NCBI RefSeq assembly: GCF_001194135.2 | Contig: NC_068988.1 | Location: 28,193,809 to 28,257,808, forward strand | Direction: 5' to 3' | Length of the DNA stretch: 64,000 nt | DNA from: Octopus bimaculoides | Lineage: Eukaryota | Notes under the pieces: model-generated | What the model saw: only the letters and a program-made list of their open reading frames with translations | Database searches by the model: none | What the model was told of the DNA's origin: nothing | Part shown: piece by piece, positions 38,134 to 49,773 of the stretch | Layout: each line of letters opens with the position of its first letter | Position numbering within the stretch: position 1 is the stretch's first letter | Position numbers and translations under genes: made by a program

Positions 38134-38291
38134 TAGGGGCAGACTGAACCGTTGGTCAATTGGGCACTGCCCGAGGGTCCAGAGCTCTGAGGGGCCCGCA
38201 CTCTACATGTTAACTCTTCTAAAACACACATTCAAAGGAGCCTGGTAAGCAGTTATGCCTGAGGGCCCTTAATACTTTCAGTCCATCCCTG
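38134..38291. mobile_element. hAT-type MITE, 158 bp
   Basis: TIRs taggggcagactgaa / ttcagtccatccctg (11/15 match). 8-bp target-site duplication cctcacac / cttcacac. Confidence 0.8.
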
Positions 38292-41200
38292 CTTCACACT
38301 GTCCCAAGCTATGACAACTTATGACAGCTTCTTAACTCTTAAGTTTGTCATTTTATACTAAAAAAGGAAGTGATTTTTATTAAACACTCTTATTTGCCCA
38401 GTGGTTTCATTTGACACAGTAGATAGTTTCTGTTACTAAGATAAGTTTATTAGTGTTTTCAGATAGATTGTAAATGTGGGGAAGAAACCCAGGGAGCTAT
38501 AAGGCTTACTGTGCATATGCAAAAGTTAAACTGTATAATGCATAAAGATGCAATATAAGATAAAATGCAGATTGAATGTAGAAAGGCAACAGAGGCTGGC
38601 TTAAGTAATTTGAGTCTGGTCTCAATTTCAATGAGAGAGAGATCAAGTGAGACTTAAGTCAGTAGAGGAATATTGAAAGGAATACCTGATGTGTGTAAGA
38701 GAGATATACACAGAAGCTGGTGCGCACCAAAGTGTCTTTTGGCACAAAGACTGGGTGGGGGAAGTACTTGTGGTAGAGAGAGTCATTGGGAAGGAAGGAA
38801 GATAAGATTGTTGTTGTTGTGGTCATAGGTCGGTGTTGGACGGCTTTCCAGCCATGACCATCTTTTATGTTATTTTTATATTACCTTTTTTTTTTTTTTA
38901 CCGTTTACTTGTTTCACTCATTGGACTGTGGCCATACTGGGGTACTACCTTGAAAGGTTTAGTGACACAAATTGACCCCTTTAAGTTTGGTACTTATTCT
39001 ATTGGTGTCTTTTGCTGAACTGCTGAGTTATGGGGACATAAATAAACCAACACCAGTTGTCAAGCAATGAAGGGAACAAACACAAAGACACATGCACTCT
39101 CACACATATGACAAGCTTCCACACAGTTTCTGCCCACCAAATTTGCTCACAAGGCATTGGGCTATAATAAAAGACACTTTGCCAAGGTGCTGTGCAGTGG
39201 GACTGAACCTGAAACGAGCTTCTTAACCATACAGCCATGTTTATGATTGGAAACATAAGACTGATAGCAGTGATGATATGATATGTTATACTGCAGACCC
39301 TGTAGATGCAGGCATGGTTGAATGGTTGAGAAATATGCTTTGTAGTGTTAGAAATACTTGAGTCAAAACCCAAGGCTTGTGACTGTAATTTGGGAAAGAA
39401 ATGGACACTTTGGAAGAATATCAGGTGTACTCTACCTATCAGGTGTAATCACGCATGATTATTCTGATTCATCATCATTTAATGTTCGTTTTTCAAGCTG
39501 GCATGGGTTGGACAGTTTGACCAGAGGCTGGTAAGCTGGAGAACTGCACCAAGTTCCAGTTGTCTGGCATCGGCACAGGTGCTTTTAATATGGCACTGGC
39601 ACAGGTGCTTTTTAGGTGGAACCAGTACGAATAAAGTCACCAAGTAACTTGCAAGATAAAGACCCCTTAGCTGAGAGAGGGAGTTGAATCGAGAAAAATG
39701 TCTGAGTGCCTGGCAAGAAGTTAGAATATGATAGAGGACAGAGATAATTGTCTTACTATTTTCCTTGTAAATTATGTTAGAAGTACACATGTTTGTAGAA
39801 TCCTCAGCCGGTTGCACTCTAATTCAAAGCGAAGACTGTTCTGTTCATCAAAGAACTGGAACATTCTTTATTGAAACCAAAAGAGATCAGTTTGCAATGT
39901 GTGTGTTTGGCTTGACATTGTGTCATAGTTGTAACTGAGTACCACTGTCATACCGGCAGTGGTATTCATTACAGATATTCTGTGAAAACATGTTTGGTCA
40001 TGGGGAATATTACCTTGTTTGGAAATAAGTAAAGGTTGGCAACAGGGTATCCTGTCACAGAAAATCTGCCTCAGTAAACTCTGTCCAAACCATACAGTCA
40101 TGGAAAAGTGAATGTTAAAATTGTGATGATGGTTTTTATTGTCTCCATCCAACCGAATATATGATGACAACAGCAACAATTACTGCCACTACGACTATTT
40201 AATGTCCAGGTTCCATCCTGGCATAGTTTGGATGGTTTCGGCAGGATATTACAAATCAGAGGACTGCACCCTGCTCCAGTGTCTGCTGTGGCAAGGTTTC
40301 CCCGACTGGATGCCTTTCCTAGCACCAACCACATTACATCGTGTACTGGATGCTTTTTCCATGACATGAACATCAGTGAAGATTGCCGTGTAACTACTTA
40401 CATGGCTTACGGCCTAAATTAGTCCATTATTACTGTTTCTGATAGCATAATATTTATATATCTTCATGTGATTATCAAACTCAGCTGAAATAGTAGGAGG
40501 TTTCTATTTTGTAATGTAAATTCAAAGGCATATTTTACCAGATTGCATTTAAAATGAACATAAAAATATGACCTTTTGTTGTGTGTAACTCTTTCACTGC
40601 GAAATTTAAGATCATGGCTGTTCCTATGTTAAAGCTTGCTATTTTCTGCAGGTCACGTTATCTCAATAAACTTGACATATCTCAACAGAAAATAGTTTCA
40701 AACACAACATTCTAATGTATAAAATTACTTTCCACAATTAAAAGGGTTAAAGAAATATAAGTTTCTTTTTTTTATATTTTTAATTCAAAATAAGTTTTCC
40801 CTTCATGAACAATAGATTATTGTAAAGCATCCTGTCCGTGATGTCTACTTAATTGCTACGAAATTGTTTTAAGAAAAACTAATGACTCTGTTATCTTACA
40901 CTTTTTCTTTTATTATTTCCATGTTATCCATTCTTGTTCACATTTTTACGATGCCTTTGTGTGTGTATGAATAGCTTTGTATTGTAATGCATTAAAAAGC
41001 TTTTGATAACTGAAGTTTTGTCTTTACCCTAATCATGATTCTTATTTGGGTTGAAATTATTTCATTTCTTTGTTGGTTTAATAATATACAAAATTGTTAA
41101 TTTATTATTAAGTATTTTCAATATTTTTGTCTACAAATTGGCTTTTATGAACATTTTATATAAATATTATCTGCTTTTGTTTGACATGTTTCTTGTCTAC

Positions 41201-41928
41201 ATTTTGTGTAATTGTAAATACACCACAAACATATCTATAATAGTTTAAGGTTTTCCAGAAACTCAGATGTCTAAAAATTTACATAGTTAAGGCTTAAAGG
41301 TGACCAATCCAGTAGCAACACCATGAGTTTAAATCCAGTAACAGGACTTCTGTTTAGCATGTTTTATTCTCATACTTATTGTTTATGGTTTAATCGGTTC
41401 AAGTCTTTATCGACTATAAAGTACAGTGCCTGTGGTTACTTCCTGTATCATAGTTTTTTGCCAGCATCTAGGAGTTTAAACATGGGGATTTTTAGTAGAC
41501 AGAAGGGAAAGCAACTTTTTTTTTTTTTTTCATTTAACTACAGTGAATATCACCAAGGCACCAACCAAAAAATATAGTATTCAAATAATAACTGACACTA
41601 AACATGTATGTCAACAAGCTTAGTACTACTCTCAGAGACAGGCAACATACATAAAAATATGTGGCAATGATCCTGTTCAAATTAAGATTTATCAACTATT
41701 TGCCCCCTCCCGAATGATTGCACCATCAATGTTATAGCTATATGAGGAGTGAAAGTGTATCACGGTGAGTGAATAATTATGATAAAGTCTTCTTTCTGAG
41801 TTTCAAAATGTATGTATGTATATATAGTATGTGTGAAATTATCTAATGATAAAGTAATATTTATATTGCAGTAGTTATTATATCTGTTGTGATACGTTGC
41901 TTTAATAATTTCACTGCCCTCATTTCAG

Positions 41929-42139
41929 CACCTCATGGTCATCTGCAGCCGGACCCTAGTGACCCTTCAAAGTGGCAAGTGGTTCAAACCACATCTCAAA
42001 CACCCACTCCGATCGGCCCCCTTAGCCCTGCTGACAGTCCACAGCAACAGCAGCAGCAACAAAGCACAGATGTGGTACCTGGTAAGAGACTACGAAGGGT
42101 TGCTTGCACTTGTCCCAACTGCCGAGATTCGGAAGGGAG
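41929..42139 (+). CDS. Sp1-4: Sp1-4 coding exon 3: buttonhead box
   Basis: catttcag| acceptor in phase 1, GKRLRRVACTCPNC, AG|gtaggt donor (phase 2). Confidence 0.96.
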
Positions 42140-42499
42140 GTAGGTCACACTTCACTGTTTCTAAATGCTTCAGTCATTCATGTTTCTATTAACCCTTTCA
42201 TTACTTTATTCCTGCTCAACTATACTGTCTTCGTTTCAATTAATTTTGGCAATAACAAAAAATTTAGTAAGATAACTTTGTCAATATAAAACTCGTGTTT
42301 CGAGCATAAATTAGTATGAAATTTTCAGATCCTTTTAAAACAGGGATTTTGTATCAGGGAACCAGAGGTAGTTTATTATCAAAAGAGTTAAACTCTGTTT
42401 TGCTGCATAGTTTTATTTTCCATGCTTTTTACTTCCATTTGTATTGTCTTCCATTTTCATGGACTATTACAGTCCATTATTATTGTTATCAAGGTAAAG

Positions 42500-42725
42500 C
42501 AACGAGCTGGCAGAAACGTTAGCACACTGGGCGAAATGCTAAGCGGTATTTCGTCTGCCATTATGTTCTGAGTTCAAATTCCGCCGGGATTGACTTTGCC
42601 TTTCATCCTTTCGGGGTCGATAAATTAAGTACCAGTTATGCAGTTGTGTACTGGGTTCAATCTAATCGACTGGTCCCCTCCCTCTCCCCAAATTTCGGAC
42701 CTTGTGCCTAGAGTAGAAAAGAACA
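42500..42725 (+). mobile_element. tRNA-derived SINE, family D
   Basis: gagctggcagaaacgttagc..gttctgagttcaaattccgccg..gactttgcctttcatcctttcggggtcgataaattaagtaccag. Related copies at about 45655-45860 and 48440-48625. Confidence 0.8.
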
Positions 42726-43084
42726 TTTATTGTTTTCTGATTTTATTCAATAATTGATTATGAATGAAGAGTTCAGGTGTGGGTGTGGCTTTGTGGTTAA
42801 GAGGTCCAATCATGGGGAAATATTACCTTACTTGAGAAACAGATGAGGGCTAGATGCATATAAGCATCGAAATGTAGATATTAAAACAATGATGATGCTG
42901 ATTGTCTCTTCTAATCCAGTAGCTAATGTTTTTGGTTCTTTTCTACTTACTTACCTCACATACACTTTAGATTTGATAGTATTCAATTTGTTTCTTTCAT
43001 CTTGTTCCTTCTTGATATTTCAGTTTTACACTTCTGTAGTGTCATAAATCATATAAAAAACAAATCACAATAGCAACACAAATT

Positions 43085-43453
43085 ATTACCTCTGTCGTAT
43101 TGAAGGTGGAGGTATTGTTTCAGTCGTATTTGTTTGTTTGTCCATGGACAAGATATCTCAAGAATCACTGGATGGATTTGGATGAAACTTTCAGGGATGT
43201 TTGGCATTGTCACTGGCATGAACTGATTAGATTTTGGGATCGATCTGGTACCGGACAAGGATTCTGGATTATTTTTTTCTGTTTTCTTTTACTTAATTTT
43301 TGAGAGCAGTCGCATTCATTTTTAGTATTCTCGTTTATGAGAGCAGTCGAGTTTATTTCAGATATTCCCATTTTAAAAATCATCTCCAGCTAATCATTGA
43401 GAGGACATTGGTGTTGCCTTGGCGGAGGTTTGCGCTCTCTTAGTGCTCTCGTT
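43085..43453 (+). mobile_element. Non-autonomous Helentron-like (HINE/DINE-1/pearl-type) element
   Basis: 5' attacctc...ggtggaggta self-inverted end followed by (tttg)n. 3' ccttggcggaggt subterminal repeat plus gcgctctcttagtgc stem-loop. T-rich insertion context. Confidence 0.65.
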
Positions 43454-43563
43454 TAAGATAAATTCCCTTTAATATCTCAGCAACGATCAAGTATAAATTG
43501 ACAAAAACTTGTGTTTCTATTGAGAACAGTAAACTTTAAGGAATATTCCTTTTATTATTTCAG

Positions 43564-43653
43564 AAATAGTGAGAAAAAGAAGCAACATACATGTCACATC
43601 CCTGGATGTAATAAAGTCTATGGTAAAACTTCACATTTAAGAGCACATCTAAG
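43564..43653 (+). CDS. Sp1-4: Sp1-4 coding exon 4: zinc finger 1
   Basis: NSEKKKQHTCHIPGCNKVYGKTSHLRAHLR; tttcag| and AG|gtaagt. Confidence 0.98.
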
Positions 43654-44980
43654 GTAAGTCACAATAGTGTTATATGCATTAAACAGGATTGATTTAATAG
43701 TTGTTGTGTGATGTCTAGTGATAGCTGTTAGTAGTTTGAGTGTCTCTTAGAGTTGGATCAATCTGTAAGAAGTGTATTGACAGCGTATATCATTTCAACA
43801 GTTGTTCATTATGGGATGAATTGATAAATATTATAATTTACCTGAACTATTCACCTTAACTTTTCAGGGTATATTTTACAATATTTACATTATAATTACT
43901 CTATAGTTAGATTAGCTTGATCTCTCTGGATCTGTTTGTCATAAATGTTCTTCATTTAAAAGTCATGTGGTTCAATGTCGTCTCAAGACCCGATTGATAT
44001 CCAAAATCAAGACACCTAAATGAGACTCAGAGATCAAACTGTTTGTAGATGAAAATATTGTAGATATACACTTTAAAGATGCCGTTAGTAGCTTATTGTA
44101 AGTTGAGTTTAAACGATGCTGTTGTTTGAAACATTGGCTTGTGCAGTGAAGAGTCTGGTGATTTGGTTTTATTATGGAATTAAATGAATTTGCTGAATTT
44201 TTCTCACGAAACAGGAAATTGTGTTTTAGAAGGCAGTGGTGAGTATTAAGGCTTAATTTAATAAACTTTTGTTGCTTGATAAAGAAGCAGGAATTCTGGT
44301 ATGTCGCAACTATTATATCAGGAAACTGCTGTAAGTATGGAAATGTAAAGAAACCATTTTGTTCCTTTCCAGCTAGTTTTGCACTTTAAGAGTTTATTTC
44401 CTACATCTTACTGTGGCTGATCTATGCTTGGATACATTGGTTTCAGAGTATTTTCTGCTTTATCCAGGACACAACATATTGTCAACGGTTCAATTAGAAA
44501 TCATAACTCTTCAGTTAAGTGGTTGACATTTGGCAGTTGTTTTTATAGCTGGAAGCAATTTTTTGCTTTTAGTAAAGAAGGGTGCATAGACTTTTTTTTT
44601 ATTAGTTAAGCAAACTAGGGCAGCTGACCACCTGTCTGCTTTTCTCGGGAATACAACACAATGGCTGTACTATTAATACTGAAATTATATTGTCAACCTA
44701 AAACTTAGCTTCTAGAATATATCTAAATAATAATAATGATGATGATGATGATGATGAGCACTGTATACAATGCTCAGATGCACTTCAACTCATCAGAAAA
44801 AGTAGCCAAAAGTGCATGAATAGCACAGGAAGTGAACAAGAATGTGCTTTTAAAAAAAAAGTGGCAGTGGAGTGAGGTGGGGGGACATCAATTTATTGAA
44901 ATGCATAATTCCAATGTTGTTTTTTTTCTTTACTTTTTTTTTTATTGGATTTCAGTTTTCAGTTAATTTTCAGTTGGTGA

Positions 44981-45157
<177 letters not shown>

Positions 45158-45944
45158 TAAAACCCTAACTACATAAGGTTACTGCTTCTGTTTAAAATGT
45201 TATCAAATGTTTTTGAAGTATATGATGTTGTCTTAAAATTGTGCTTAGATAGATTTTTGTTTGCAAAATATAACAGAGAGATATAAAGAATACATGATGA
45301 GAACATATGTATAGAGTACACGAGGAAGAGAATTAAGATATGAGAAGCATTTGTAATCTCTATATATATACCTTTTAATGAGTGTATTTTTCACTTTTGA
45401 TTGTAAACATGCATTGGTCATTGAATTTTAGCTTAACCAAAACAATATATTGTGGATTTGTGCTGTTGTGAATAAACATTGGTACAAGTTCACAAACTTT
45501 GGTTGATACGTCAAGTCCTGGAGGATCAATGAAATTGAGTAACTCCTCCTGTCCACTTATTGCTGGCATTGTGCCTAAACTAGAAACAATTATTTTAGGT
45601 TTACAGCAAAGTTATTTTTATTCTTAAATAATTCAATTAATAGTTAACTAATAGAATCGTTAACATGCTGCACAAAATGCTTAATGACATTTTGTCTCTC
45701 TTTATGTTCTGAGTTCAAATCCTGCCAAGGTTGACTTTACCTTTCATTTGGGGGTGGGGGTGATAAAATAAGTTTTGGTTTAGTACTGGGGTTGATGTAA
45801 TCGACTTACTCACTTCACCGAAATTGCTGGCTTTGTGCCAAAATTTGAAACCAAATTATTAGATTAACAGTTTAACTGAACTGACAAGATTCAAGTTTTG
45901 TTTTTTTTCAAGTTTTCAACCAATTCTTTTCCATCTCTGTTTAG

Positions 45945-46073
45945 GAGAAAAACGTTTTGTCTGTCAAGAATGTAATAAACGCTTCATGCGAAGCGACCAT
46001 TTAAGCAAACATTTGAAGACTCATCAAAACAAACGAGTTCCCCAGGTTGCCCAAACAATAATGGGAAACCCAG
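45945..46073 (+). CDS. Sp1-4: Sp1-4 coding exon 6: zinc finger 3
   Basis: [43 protein letters not shown]; tttag| and G|gtaagt. Confidence 0.98.
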
Positions 46074-46245
46074 GTAAGTTTTCGTTTTGTTTTTCCTCTC
46101 TAGTTTAAACAAAAGGCTTTGATTTATTCTGTAGTAGTAGTAGTGGTGGTATGTTGCTTTGAATATTTACTCTAGAAGCAATTTTATTTTTAAAAGTAGT
46201 CATATGAATTTACCAACTATGCTTAAAACTGGTTATTTTTTGCAG

Positions 46246-46367
46246 ATGATGAAGGTGTGGCAGATAACAGTGGTGTAGTCACTATGGATGAGGACTCTCC
46301 ATCTAACTTTAGTGTATCATCTCCATCAGTTGTAGATGTGTCTCAGTCTTTACCTGGACAAGGTTGA
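46246..46367 (+). CDS. Sp1-4: Sp1-4 coding exon 7: acidic/Ser-rich C-terminus and stop
   Basis: ttttttgcag| in phase 1, DDEGVADNSGVVTMDEDSPSNFSVSSPSVVDVSQSLPGQG-TGA. Total CDS is 2409 nt, divisible by 3. Confidence 0.9.
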
Positions 46368-47870
46368 TAAATTTTATTCTCTCTTCCTCCTCCTCCCCAA
46401 TGTATCATTCAAGAGTGAAATTTAACTGCAGCTTATTACACTCGTTTTTTTTTTACCTTCCCCAAAATAAATGGTGTGAGTATAGCTGTAATGTTCTCTT
46501 TTAGTTAAAAATTCATTCCAGCACTCAAAGAAGAAAAAAACAAAAAAGAAAATTGAAAGTAAAGAAAATCCATAAAAAAAACACTATATTTTAATTGGAA
46601 TTATTTTTATCCCATGGACAAAGCTATTGAAATGGGGAAAGAAAACTGAATAAACAAAAAAAATAAATATATATATATATATGAATATAGATTTGTATAT
46701 TAATATATAAATATATGTATGTGTTATGGAGAGTGGCAAAGTGTGTTGTCTTAATGTGTGTTTAGTCCCTTGATTCCTATTGTTCTGCCTCCATGCCATT
46801 TTGCTATAATGTCAGCACTTGAACCACTATAAATGCTCCTTAGGCAACCCTCCCAACATTAAATCTGTTATATTGGTGTGCTGTGTCTGCTGACAGCTAT
46901 TATTCATTCACTTCAATATATGTTATGAATTTTTTTGTCAGTGTTTCAAAATATCCACCCCTCCCTCTTTGTTTTTTTTTTATTCCTTCTTTCTTTTCAA
47001 GACAACTAAACTTCATTCTCTTATCTTGTGACATACAACTTTGGAAGCTGTATTTAAATGTGAGCAAAATTCTTTTTAAGTGTTTGTAGTTTATTGTGCC
47101 AGTCTTAAAGCAATTCTACATAAAATTGGTACAAATCATATAAGAATTGTAATCTTTTCTGTTATGCATTCATGGATTCTGTTGTTTCAATGAACAAAAA
47201 AAAAAGGAAAACCTCCAAAAAACTAGATTTATTTTCTGATGTAAACTTAACTCCTCAGCTCATGTTGTTGTACAGAATCAAATATTTCAGCTCACTGCCA
47301 GCTATTGACTGTGTTTTGATGCTATCCCCAAAAGTTGCAGGATCATACATGGTAGAATGTAGCATTACTAAATTAATTTTGAAATTACTTATGGTTTTGA
47401 AAGCTGTGTTTTCCCATTTAGTACCGAGATTGGTAACAGTTGATCTTCCTGCCAAGAAGTTTACTTTCAAAATTTGGAATGTTCTAGAAAGAGTGCTGTG
47501 TGTATCTCACCAATACAAACATGTATTTTTGTATAAGTCTCATCATAGCTTATCAGAATATGGTCGGCATTTAATTTTACAATTAATTTGATTTAAACGA
47601 GGAAACAACAGGGGTGGGGGTAGTGTGGGTTGGGTGAGTTGAACATGAAGTTTTTGATAACAAAGTTTATGAGCTTATGACCAAACAGGCATATGTCAGA
47701 AATCTAGTGGATTACTGTGCTAGCTATTAAATTATCTGAAAATACTAGAATAAACAAAAGCATCAGAAATCAAATTTAGAATATGCCTGAATGATATTGA
47801 GCCAGGGCTTGATCTTCCTGCCAAGATGTTTTACTTTCAAAGTTGAGATTGTCTCTAAAAAGCATGGCTG

Positions 47871-47907
<37 letters not shown>

Positions 47908-48858
47908 TACTGTGTAAATCGCATTGAGGCAAATATGTATTTTTGTATAAGCTTCACCCATAGCTGATAGCAGCGATTCAGTCAGCATTAAATTCATTTA
48001 GTGAAGGAATTATTAATGAGGGATTAAGTGGGGAAATAGGATGTCCCTTTAGTCTGGAGTTGTTTGATCCCAACCTTACATTTGTAATCAGCTGAGAGGT
48101 TTGATGAAAGTTGTTGAAGCCTCTGTGGTCATTACGTTTATCTTCTCTCCCTCCCCTTCCTCCTCCTCCTCCTCCTCCTCCTAACTGGTTTATTGTATAA
48201 AGTGTACATACCTGCATTGGACACCAACACAACCATCAAAATAAAAATTGTTTCTGCAAAATTCTTGTTTCTGTTATATTTTTTATCAACTTGCTCCTGA
48301 AGAGTTCTGAAAAATCCCTTCCAATATAGCAGTAACGAAGCCATTTTTTTTTCTTTTTCGTTTAGCTGGAGAGGAAGTAGTAGTGGCCTTTAGATGTCCT
48401 TAATTCTGATTACATAATGAGCTAGAAGTATCATTACTACACCAGACAATGCTTAGTACCATTTCTTTCAGCCCTTTACATCCAGAGTTCAAATTTCACT
48501 GAAGTGGACCTTGCCTTGGGGGTTGATAAAATAAAGTACCAGTTGAACACTTGGGTTGATGAAATCAACTTAATTCACTCCGTTAAAATTGCTGGCCTTG
48601 TGCTAAAATTTGAAACCATTATGTCTGACATCCTGCTTGGACTTTTATGGTCGGAGAAGAAACTGGTCAGAGACTGAGTTGTAAAAGAAGGATTTTGGCA
48701 AAGGATTGGTGGCAGGGAAAGCATTCTGCCTTAGAAAAAGTGACCATCACATGCTGATATAGAAAAAGCAGGCATAAAATGCTGGTGTAATTTTAGGCCT
48801 GAAAAAGTGAGGCAAGAAGGTAACAAGAGAAAGAGATGACAGCATCAAATAAGTTTAA

Positions 48859-49069
48859 CCCTTTTGATACCAACCTTCCTGAGACCATCCCTGGTCTTCT
48901 GAAATAAACTTTCCCCCTCTTTGAATTTAAACCTTCCATCAAAATTTCATATTCATGTTCCAAACACTAGCTTAACAATGACAAAGTTATTTCAGGAAAT
49001 TCTTCATTATTATCAAAACTAATCAACACAATGGTAGTGTATTTTAACAGAAATACGGTAACAAAAAGG
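48859..49069. mobile_element. TTAA-flanked MITE (piggyBac-like ends)
   Basis: ttaa|cccttttgatacc ... ggtaacaaaaagg|ttaa. Confidence 0.75.
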
Positions 49070-49720
49070 TTAAATAGAACTAACACAGTTGGCAATTCCA
49101 AAGAAGCAGGGACTAATATTAGAAAAGAGATGTAAGCTTTATGTCCACTATTTAACTTCTGGTCAGCATAGATTTATGATCAAAAGCATTGCCTCATGTT
49201 GGAATATATTATCTACTAAAGTTATGTTCTTTCCTTCCCTAGTATGGTAGGTTGTGATTTGAAGGGGATTTCATTTGCTATTTCTAGCAGGATAAGGCAG
49301 CACAAGACGTTCCATTGTAGTAGGTTCTGTGATTGTTGGGAAGATGGGTTTTTTTTCATAAATTGAAAAAGAATAACATTTAATTTTATGAAAACACTTG
49401 CTGTATCTATTAATATAATTGTTAAAACCAGTTTTGTTTTTGTTTAAATTTTAAGTGCACCATCATTAATTTGGGATTTATCTTCAGTGTTTCACCTGGT
49501 TGTTGATAACTGTTTACAACTCAAATATTATAAGAAAAAAAAACAAAGAAAAAAGGCAGCAATGCACAGCAAACGAGACGAAAGATATAGAAATATTGAT
49601 ATTGCATTGAGGAACTTTACTGTTCTAAACAAACTGCAAGGAACTCAAAGAGAAAAATAATGATGCATTCATTGCTTTGCTGGAAAACTTTATTATACAA
49701 ACCTGAGGAGGGGAGAATGA

Positions 49721-49773
<53 letters not shown>

